Assembly (NCBI GenBank): GCA_021613535.1
Contig: CP075497.1
Coordinates: forward strand, 2,480,001-2,544,000
Reading direction: 5' to 3'
Length of the DNA stretch: 64,000 bases
DNA from: Adineta vaga
Taxonomy: Eukaryota; Animalia; Rotifera
Under the pieces are notes generated by a model. It was not told the DNA's origin, did not search any database, and worked only from the letters and a program-made list of their open reading frames with translations. The first letter of the stretch is position 1. Each line of letters starts with the position of its first letter. Made by a program: the position numbers and the translations under genes. Below are positions 53,629 to 64,000 of this stretch, piece after piece.

Positions 53629-55339
53629 ATGATAACTGACTATTTACGTCTTACTACAACTAATGTACTTCTTGTTATTTTACCTCTAATCTATTATCTT
53701 TATTATCGGAAATTTCACTATTTTATATTCGATCAACGAAGCAAAGTAACTAAGGGTAAAACTTCAAGAGGAAAATGTCCGCCATTCTTTCCTAATGGTA
53801 AGCGATTTTAATTCAATGAATTGTCACCTACGATTTCGATATGTAAAACTAAATATAGACATTCGATCAGATATCATTCGATTGATACGATGATTGACGT
53901 AAAAGAAATATACAGACAATGTTTTTCTTTTCACGCAGAATTAATAAATGAAGAGGAAAAGAATTGAAAGAACATTTAACAGAGAGACAGTGATTGATAG
54001 ATAAAGAACACGGTAATTATTCAAAGGTTATCATCAAAAGAGAAGAGTCTGATTTCTTTTCAAAATAATTTCTATTCTTCTTTTCAAAAGGCTGGTATTG
54101 GATTATTAATTCCTGTGATCTGAAACCGGGTGATGTTAAACCAATCTCCTACTGTGGACGAAATGTTGTTCTATTTCGTGGTCAAAACGGTAAAGCATAT
54201 GTACTTGATGCATATTGTGCTCATATGGGTGCACATTTGGGTGTTGGCGGGAAAGTACGTTATAATACATGTATAGAATGTCCATTTCATGGTTGGACAT
54301 TTGATGGAGAAACAGGTAATTGTGTTTTATCCAGCGGTGAAAATAAAATAACTCGTAGTGCCGATAAATATGAATATTATGATATTGAAAAATGTACACC
54401 AGTATTTGATAATGATGATAAAACAAGTCGATATTTACAAAAAGTAACAGAACAAGAAGAAGTTAAAATAAAAAAATATCTCGTCAAAGAAATGAATGGA
54501 TCTGTTTTTGTTTGGTATCATTCGGATGAAAAACTTCGCGATAAATCTCTTTTCGAACCATTTGATCTTACAAATGAATTAAAAACATATAAAATGGAAG
54601 GTAAATGATGAGATAAGAAAACAAAAGAGTTTTTTTCTTCTTATTTGTCTCCTTCCTTCTAGCACGAGGTGAATCGATTAATTATGTCAATTGTCACATT
54701 CAAGAAATTCCAGAAAATGGAGCCGATTTTCGACATTTCGATTTCTTACATCAATCTGTACTTGACATTATATTTCCATTTATTCGATTCAATTGGTCAA
54801 TGGCATCTGAACGAGCATCAAACCCACGTTTACATGAAATCATGACTCATCCAAATCCTCAAGTAAATGCATATAAAATGCATCTATTCAATACGTTTAT
54901 CAACGATTCAAATCGTTCATTAATAAATGTTATCTCGTTAAATTGTTATCTTCAATTTTTTGGTAAACATAGTTTTTTTGTTTTCAATGCAACTGGCTTT
55001 CAAGTGGGCCCATCGATTGTCTATTTATTCTTATGGTCACCTTATTTTCAAGTAACATTCTTACAAACAGTGACGCCCTTAGAAAAATTCAATCAACGTA
55101 TTATGCATCGAATCTTTTCCACAAAACCACTTCCCTATTGGCTATCAGCGCTCATGCTCTTAGGTGAAGTTAAACAAATCTTTTCAGATATGGGTGTATG
55201 GAATAATAAAATCTTTGGTTCACAATTAAATTATAATATGAAAAATGACGCAGATAAATCTCTTCATGCATGGAGAAATTGGTATGCTCAATTTTATGAA
55301 GGTTGTCATGAATATGAACAAAAAACGCTTTCATGGTAA
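53629..55339 (+). CDS. nvd: Neverland/DAF-36-type Rieske cholesterol 7-desaturase
   Basis: N-terminal TM, PPFFPNGWY, Rieske DAYCAHMGAHL..CPFHGW, non-heme Fe motif EIPENGADFRHFDFLH, C-terminal WNNK..WYAQFY; three exons. Confidence 0.9.
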
Positions 55340-56464
55340 CAAAAGTATAACTTTTGCGCCCAGTGATAAAGATTTATAGAAAAAAACACAAAAAGAAAGA
55401 AAGAAAGGAAAAGATTTTTATTTTATTATCCACCTTCATTTTCAACTGATAATCCTTAGAACAAAAGTCGACACTGCACTTGGTGATTTTTTTTCTCTTC
55501 TTATCGCACACCATTCTCTATTAACAATCCTTTTGTCTGTGATATTTATTCTAATTTACTTTTTCATTTGATTACGACAGGATTTTCTGCTTCTTCTGTT
55601 TCTCCTAATAATTCTCATCGATTGTGTCGAAAAAAACCTTTTCTTCTATGAAAAATTTTATTCACTAATAAATGAAAATTCCAAGAACTTACGAGAATTT
55701 ATTGCCATTTCTAAACTATTATTTGCCGAGAAAAAACATGTATAAAATCAAAAGATAATAAGAAAAAGACGACTTACAGAAAGACCGTGTATTTATATGC
55801 CTTATGGGAAAGATGCACGGAAGGAGAAAAACAATAAACGGTTATCTTCGTCTTCTTGCTTACAGCTATATTTATATACACCCGTATTCTATTCTGTTAT
55901 TCTCTTATGCTAATTGATTCTTTTCTCTCTTGAGAAAAGCTTGTCTCCCCTCAGTTCTATTTGCTTTTTCATGCTACTTTAATGAGAAAAACTAATGTAT
56001 ATAGATCGGATATCAAACAACTAGATGTTTTTTTCAAAAAGTATATATGGAATTGTAACCTAACGAGAAAAATGACATATATACATATACAAACGTCGGC
56101 TCCAACAGTTATCTGTCAGCCATTTAATGTACTATCAATGGAATATGGTTTTTTTCATTCTTCTATGGTATCACTGTTGTAACTACCTAAGAACAAAGAT
56201 GATAATTTGCTATTTACAAAATTGAATTAAAAGCCATTAGAAAAACATTCTTTTTATATCGATCATATTAATGCTTCTAATTGAAAAACATTACTTAGCT
56301 AAATGATAATATATGTTTCTCGATCGATAAATAGAACAATATGTTAGATTTTCACCTTTTTTTCTTCTTCTTGTTTTTGAAGATGATAATGTAAATGAAA
56401 CAATTAAAACGATCGTTGAATGTATACAAAAGACGACATAATGACTATAAGCAAATAATGATAG

Positions 56465-58720
56465 AACGATATTTTTCTAGCCAATAATAATGATAAACAA
56501 AGGAGAACGGTGATGTCGACAATCGTGTGTCACTAATAAGAATGTCTAAGAAAGAATTATGTCTCATTTTTTTTCTTTTTTTTTGGTCTTTTACTAGTAA
56601 ATACCATCCATCCATCTACATGGCAAATGTCTCTGAAAGTTTGGCCAGACGAAGAAGAAGAAGAAGAAGAAAGATTATCTTTATATACATATATAGATAG
56701 AGATATATAAACATCAAAAAGTACTTTACGACATACAATTTCCGATCATATGTTGATATACTCGTCATGCCGATTGTCGAACATGTTCCTCGATTAGATG
56801 AAAATTATTTTCTATGTTTCTAGAACAAAACTTATGAAATGCTAAACTATCGCGTGACAATAAAGAAAATATTAAAGGACATGCTCATTTATCAGAATAA
56901 TTACTCATGTTATTACTAGTACTATCAATACTCGACATATTTCATTTGGTGAATAATGAAACATTAACCAATAGCGATTATTTGACACTTTATTCTATAG
57001 TAACACTTATTAAATTCTTAATGAAATAGAAGGTCAAATGTTATGATGAAGATTTACTTGAGAAAACAATGTATAATATAACTTACCTTAATCATAAATA
57101 ATCAATGTTTACTTATCGAATGAAAGAAAACAAAACATCTGATATAGCCTTGTAATAATGCATGCAACAGCATGTTTGCATTTTCTTTGCTTCACTAAAT
57201 CATAGACAGATGATTAGTAGAAAATCGGATGGAATGGAAATTTCATTCTGTTACTAATGTACGGAAGTGCTCGAGGGAAATTTTTCTATTTCTAATCCTG
57301 TAGGAATAATATCTTCTAATATATTATTTAAGACTTTATAAAAACGAATATCCGAGGTTTCTTTATGTATTTAAGATTGCTCGTTTTACTTGATATAAAT
57401 CATCCATTTTTGATGATTAAAACAGCACAATATCTAATTTTCATGTCACCTGTTGTGAATGAAGAACTCATAGAATACTTGATGATATTTTTCGAAGGGT
57501 TTCAGTAATACCAAGTATACAGAATTAAGAATAGTCTGATTTATTAAATATTCAACACAAAAACAGGTAGGAGAAATATAAAATGTATTCTTCACGAATG
57601 TCAGATCAGAACGAGTTTTATAACTAACTTCATTCTCACGATGATCGTTAAAGTTCGATCAAGTACATATACAATTGTAAACGACGTCGTAGACGATAGT
57701 ATTCGATGAAAGATCCATGCGGCATGTTGCATACTGTATGGATGTTCAATCATGTACAACCAGATATAATGCAGTCGTAATATTATCTTTATCGCATGGA
57801 CAATTAGCATCCGTATACGACGATTTACATTTATCACGATCGTTTACTGAGGAAGTACAATCAAATGGATTGATATACATTACAAATCAAATAAAAAACA
57901 GACTATCATAAGAATTTGTTTTGATTGTATAGATCAATTTGATGTAAATTCCATAATATTGCAGGTATGTTTTCTTATTCTTTGTCAGACATGATACATT
58001 CTTTAGATAATGAAAAAATATCTTTATTTTAGTATATCTGATCGAACAATGACACAATTGATAGTTTAAACGGCATACAAATATGGAAGTCGATGTTGAT
58101 ATTTCTTAAAAAATATAAATAGTTAATCTTTCTGGGAGAAAATACAAAAAAGAATTATGAATGTGTTTTATTCATTGTAAAAACGAAGAACATCAAGAGA
58201 TTTATGAGGCATTCTACGACAGAAATAGTCAACTATACTCATTTGTTATCAAGAATTTCATTGAAACATTGTCACAATGTAGCTTAAACTAAAGTTTGAA
58301 AATATTTAACATTTCAGTGCTATTATCATTCGTATATATATGCTGATGAATTAATACAACCTAACCGAATAACTGATAAGCATGTCAACCGGTAAAATGA
58401 TGAAAAGGTGATATTTTTCTGATCAATAATAATGATAAACAAAGATGAATAACGATGCGAACAATCGTATGTCATTAGTACGGATATCTACAAAAGACTT
58501 CTGTTTCATATATACATATCAAGTATTTCAAAATAAAACATAGTTTGAGACAACAATTCGTAACATATCTTATAACAATAACAAAATAATCATAGCTTAC
58601 TTATTGAATGAAATGAAAAGAAAAGAAAATATCTGATATAAATTCCTAATAGTACATACAAAAACGTTTTTTACTTTTTAGTTTTATAAATCTAAACACA
58701 TGAGTACAGAAACATTGTAT
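56465..58720 (+). repeat. Diverged local duplication (56465-57250 vs 58405-58720)
   Basis: caataataatgataaacaaag..acaatcgt.tgtca occurs at both 56482 and 58424; ttacttat.gaatgaaa..aa.atctgatata occurs at both ~57109 and ~58597. Confidence 0.65.
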
Positions 58721-59188
58721 AAAAGAAATATTGATTGATCATTATACATATACAATCTTATTTCCTTTATTTGATATTCTGTATAAAAAAAACGAAACAC
58801 AAAACGAATGTACTCAAAGTATTAAAAAAAGGTATGATCGAACGTCTATCAGATAAATTTGGTAAATGAAGGTCTAATTATTATATATATTCTCATGAAA
58901 AAGTCGATATGATTAATACTGAATGTAATCATAAGACAGATGAAGGATTTTGAGTATGTATAAGCCGCTCGTCTTTTCAGTCCATATGTGTGTGTGTTTC
59001 ATTTGTACATAAGAATCGATAGTAGTCTTGCGATCAAATCTCGATCTTATTATTCATATCAAATTGTTATCATTGTCCTTGATTAGAAACTATGGATATG
59101 AAAAAGAAAAATTATGAATGATTATTGTATTTGTCTGAAATCTAATTTGAGGGAATTTATTAAACAACATCGATACAGTACAAATATA

Positions 59189-59680
59189 ACCCCTGTTGCA
59201 AAAGTCTTCGTACAAAATGTGCTATTTTTGTATCTTTTTTGATGTGTTGTAAAGTGTCGATAAATTATTTTTGAGTATACGGTTTTCCAAAAAAACTAAA
59301 TTCCATTTTATGCAGGAATGAGCTTTTCTTAATAGATCTTCAACGTTATACTGCTTCACGATTTCAATTATCATAATAAGTCATTTCGTAGATAATTGAA
59401 TGTTCTACAACATGATTAAGTTAAAACTAATCTACAATTAGAATCAAAGTTGTGAACGATAGTGGAAAATCTCTGTTTTGTGTTGTACAAAGTCACTTTT
59501 GGGTACTTGAGAAAACGGTGCCATATTTTATTATCCTATCAATGGAAGAAAATGTTCGGCATGGATTCTGAAAGAGCATCAAATTCTGATTCTAACTAGC
59601 TTGTTTGAACTTCCACTAGTTGATTCCAAATGCCTGAAAAATAAGCAAACATTTTGTACGAAGCCTTTTGCAACAGGGGT
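59189..59680. mobile_element. Non-autonomous DNA transposon (MITE), ~490 bp
   Basis: Terminal inverted repeats acccctgttgcaaaagtcttcgtacaaaatgt / acattttgtacgaagccttttgcaacaggggt (1 mismatch in 32 nt), flanked by TA on both sides; no transposase ORF inside. Confidence 0.85.
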
Positions 59681-61325
59681 TATGCAGTTTGCACTCACAT
59701 AAGTCGTTACATAGTATTCTTTATTCAAATCATTTTTTACGTTCTTCTTCTTTTTTATTCGATCGATAGCAGTATGACTGTATTCATACATTATATCACC
59801 ATTAATCTATGATTTTTCATCAAAAATGAATATCAAAGTGACAATCATTCTTTTTCCTTGAGTCCTGTAGTTCCCAATGATACCTGACACAATCATAACT
59901 CAAGTTTTGCATCTGTCAAAACAAAGTTTTTGAAATTAGTTGTTTATAAATATTGATCATACGTTGTCTCATTAGTCACGCAATCTGTGATTATATTTTC
60001 TGTACCTGTATGCCTGTATGACGAAATAAAATTGTACTTTCCGTCCTTTGTCGATCAGTCATTCCACCATGATGGCAAATAAAGTTCGACAGGAACATTT
60101 TATTCTCATAAAATAGGTTAGAAATCATTTCAACCGGAAGTTTCGTTATTTATTAAAATTAAATATAAATTCCATATGAATCATCGCCTGTAATTGACTT
60201 GTGTATGGAAGATATAATATTTTAAAACAATGTTTATTACTTCTTTTCAAAACAATTCGTACTAATTTTAAAGAAAAACTTGTAGATTTTTAATTTCCAA
60301 ATTCTTTTCATACAGTTATTGATGATTTGATTTATTTTCTTTTATAAAATTATCTTTGAATAAGCAATTCTATTTATTCATCCGAAATACTATGAGAACA
60401 TTTTAACATTCGTTATTTGTGTGATTGTATTGCATCCTTGTACTTGATTACAGTATTTTTTACGTTTATTTCAATAATGTATACGAAGTGATTGGTATGA
60501 AAGAGATAGAATGGATGCGAGTGAATAAAAAAATATTTTTGGTATATACAGATAATAATGTTTAATAAAACGAAGGTGAAAGTATAAGAAAGAATCCTTC
60601 AGTCACGACGCACTGTAATATCGAACGAACAGAAAAAATTACCTATGCGTAAAGCTCACAGGTAAAAAAAAATTGGTATATATATTCCAGACAAATATAA
60701 GGATCAAAGGCACATTCAATTGATACTTCGTATTTAATCATTTCTCTCGATCATTCAAAGACATTGCTCTTTTAGAATACAGACAACAACTGAACTTCTC
60801 TATTATTATTAACGCAATAGAAAGAATAATACAAACCAAGCAATTAAGGTAACTATTGATACGAATTAATTCATGATTAAAATTGCTCGATATTTGAGAA
60901 CTTCTTCTTCTTCAAGATTCTCCTTCTATATTTCTGCACAAATGTACATTAAATTTTTTATAAACATCAGCATCATTTCATATCATCTTATTCTTGTAAC
61001 AAAGATCTTTAGAACTGATTAACACAACAGATGAACCATCTAAATCCACGATTTTCATAGATTCTACACATTTTCGATTAAGACTTTCAATAAAAATATA
61101 TTTAGTTACATAAAACCTTTTTAACTCTTCCTTTATGTTGATTAGGGTCGCTGGGAACTATATACCAAAAATAGAGTAAACATATAATTAATCATAGTAA
61201 ATATCCTTTCTAAATTGCACTTCGAGTCCTATATAAGTTTCATCATTGACATAACCTGAAAGAGCAAACTTTAAAGTATGAAAAAGATTAGCAAAGAAAA
61301 GAATTTTATTTTGGAAAATTTTAGG

Positions 61326-63772
61326 ATGGATATATCATCTCAGTCAATCGATGTTCCGACATTAAGGATTAATGGTAATGATCTTCAATATCTTGTTTGT
61401 TTTGTTTATAAACATGAACAACTTTTAAAACAATATGGTGCAATAAAAATTCAATTAATGGCCGATTGTAAATTAGCTTTGAAAAAACGACGAAAACCAG
61501 TTTCTGGACATTCAATTTTCAAAGAAATTCGAAAGACAAATGATACGAATCGTATCTATACGATAGGAAACACAACTAATACCGAGAAATCATATAAACC
61601 AATTTCCAAATTCAATAATGAAACTGAATTCTGGTCATCATTAGCTTCTTCCAACAATGAACTACGATTGTTAAATAGTTCAATAACACCATATACAAGT
61701 TTTTTCTATCAGAAAAAATCGAGTGTTTATTTCGATATGCATCGTATACCTAAACAATCATTTTTAAGAGTAGGTGGCGAGAAAGTAACAAGTCAATATC
61801 TTCCATGTGTAAAACGAGCGGATGAACCAGGTGCCATTTTCCCATTAGCATCGACTCGACAACATCTCTTTACAGTTGATTATCATCATGAAGGTGGTGC
61901 CCATCATTGGTATATCATTCCAAATTGTCAACGAGATGCTTTACAAAAAGTACTTGATCAAGAAAATTTATCTACTTGTCTTGATCATGAAAAGATCTTT
62001 CTTGATCCATCGATATTAGATAAGAATAATATTCGTTATCATCGAATCATTCAACATCCAAATGAATTTGTTATTTTATCAGCAGGAACTTTAACACAAA
62101 GTTTTGCTGAAGATGCCAGTTTGAGTGAAACAATTCCATTTGCATTACCTAGCTGGATCGAAGATGGTCATGCAAATAATTCAATAACTGCTTGTCAATG
62201 CGATATATCTCGTCGTTCGTTATTTACAACATTTGATCCAATTCTATTTCGACAAGATCTTATAGCTAAATATATTCATACATATCTTAATCCAATTGCT
62301 GACAGAAAATTACATGTTTTTACAGGTTGGATATGATTCTTGTACCGAATTTTGTTAACTATTATATCGATTTTTAGGAGATAATTATATAAATAATTCA
62401 GTACTGCCAACACCACAAAGTACAGATAACAATGCATTGAATGGTATGTTTTATCTTATTATAATATGAAATGTTTTTGTATTGAATGAATACGAGATAT
62501 CAACATTTAATAGGAAGATAAAACGTATCTATTGTTATTTAGATGATAGTGAACTATCAACTGATGCTATATTCTGTAACACGCGACAGCAAAGTTCGAC
62601 GAATTTTGACACTTCATCAACTTCATCGTTATCACCATCGGATAGTGATATCCATTATGATAATCATTTGAATCTAGTGAATGATAATAATAATCAAATG
62701 GAATGTCATATCGACGAGTAAGTCATATTTGTTTATGTTGATAGGATAATTTCTAGTATAGATTTAGGTTCAATCATTTTCTGAAAACATCGACTGACAC
62801 AATAACTAATGATGAACTTCTCGATTTCATTTCAAATGATTTTTTATCTAATATCGATGAACGACTAAAAGCACTTTGGCAATCAGACTCAATGACAACT
62901 GATCAAAATGATAAATCTAGTTTTACTGTGAACAACCAGACTTTCTCAGACGGAGATTTAATGAATATAGTACCCTTCAATTTCAATCCTATGATATCAA
63001 CTCATACTCAAACCGATATGTCAGATGAAACGGTAAATATATCATTGTCATCATCAGCATCATCACCGTGTTCGTTCACTGATAAAACTGAAAAACATGT
63101 CAGACTAGAGCGAACGAAAAATAATCGCAAAACACTTTTTGTCTCAGGATTGAGACATACTGTAAATGCTATGGATTTGTATACACATTTTATTGGTTGT
63201 ATTAAAGTGATATTAAAGCAAGCACGTAGCACTCCAGATGTCAAGTAAATGACCGGAAATTTTCTTTTCTCTAAAATAATATTCATATTTTTCTCTATTA
63301 GATATGCTATTATAATTCATCATTCAAATCGAACAGCTGCGATTAATCTTCGACGACCCATGGATGTGAATTTATTCGGTTCGAACTGTAGAGTTGAGTA
63401 TGCCGATACCAATGCAACTCGTGATAATAGACATCAGACCTTTGACAATAACAAAATCATCGTTCGTCGGATACCAAACAATGTTAATGAAACGGATTTA
63501 CATAATTTATTTGGTTCTTGTGAAATTGTAAAATATTGTCCAGCCATTAATATACCTTTTGCATCATCGAAGAATAACAGTAAAGATTACAAAAAAATCC
63601 TATTAGGGTAAGAATAATTCTTTTTCTAAGGAAGATTTCTAATAGAAATACTTTTTCTAGGTATGCACATATTCATTTTGATAATGAGAACGATGTTGAA
63701 TATGTAATTAATCATGTTGATCAATATCAAATTGAGGGACAACAATTAACGATTGATTTATTTCGTAATTAG
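61326..63772 (+). CDS. Degenerate JmjN-JmjC (KDM4/KDM5-like, Fe ligands lost) fused to two RRM domains
   Basis: JmjN-like VPTLR..FVYKHE..KQYGAIKI; JmjC-like FTVDYHHEGGAHHWYIIP..IIQHPNEFVI..ETIPFA..W; RRM1 KTLFVSGL..YAII; RRM2 KIIVRRIP..GYAHIHF. Six exons join in phase through GT-AG introns. Confidence 0.85.
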
Positions 63773-64000
63773 TAGAAATTAATATGCAGGGTTGTAAAAT
63801 AATGATTAACCGTTTTTTTTTCGCTTATAATAAAATGTTATGTATTTACAAAGAAATCAATATGAAACGATGTAGCCAGATACTTGAGAAGTATGATTAT
63901 TTATGTAAAACTTTGATTTTCACTGGATACATATTTATAAGAGATTAACAATCAGATGTAAATGTCAATATATCTCATAACATTTTCACTGAAATAAAAG

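Overview
AT-rich, gene-dense eukaryotic DNA with many short (~50-65 nt) GT-AG introns. Gene content and intron style suggest a bdelloid rotifer (Adineta/Rotaria-like); this is an inference. About 20 intron-containing or single-exon genes can be assembled by hand. They are MBTPS1 (partial), a SIVA-like gene, an SPFH protein, semaphorin-2a, RNF13/167, a PTB-domain protein, afadin/canoe, a deoxynucleoside kinase, MEIOB, a divergent cyclin, TMEM39, dynamitin, a small secreted Trp/Arg-rich peptide, a Pro-rich protein, an F-box/LRR protein, GatC, eIF3a, a small histone-fold protein, Orai, a K2P-like channel, Neverland/DAF-36 and a JmjN/JmjC-RRM fusion; there is also a MITE. Most notable: (1) a catalytically dead KDM4/5-type JmjN-JmjC module spliced in frame to two RRMs; (2) a 58-aa secreted Trp/Arg-rich cationic peptide gene missed by the ORF track; (3) adjacent atypical ion channels: an Orai with acidic residues replacing the basic inner pore and a K2P with both selectivity filters degenerate; (4) an operon-like four-gene run (histone-fold, eIF3a, GatC, FBXL) with gaps as short as 45-56 nt and splice acceptors right before the ATGs; (5) a meiosis gene, MEIOB, intact except for an apparent 1-nt frameshift near its start. 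All family assignments come from motif recognition, without database searches.
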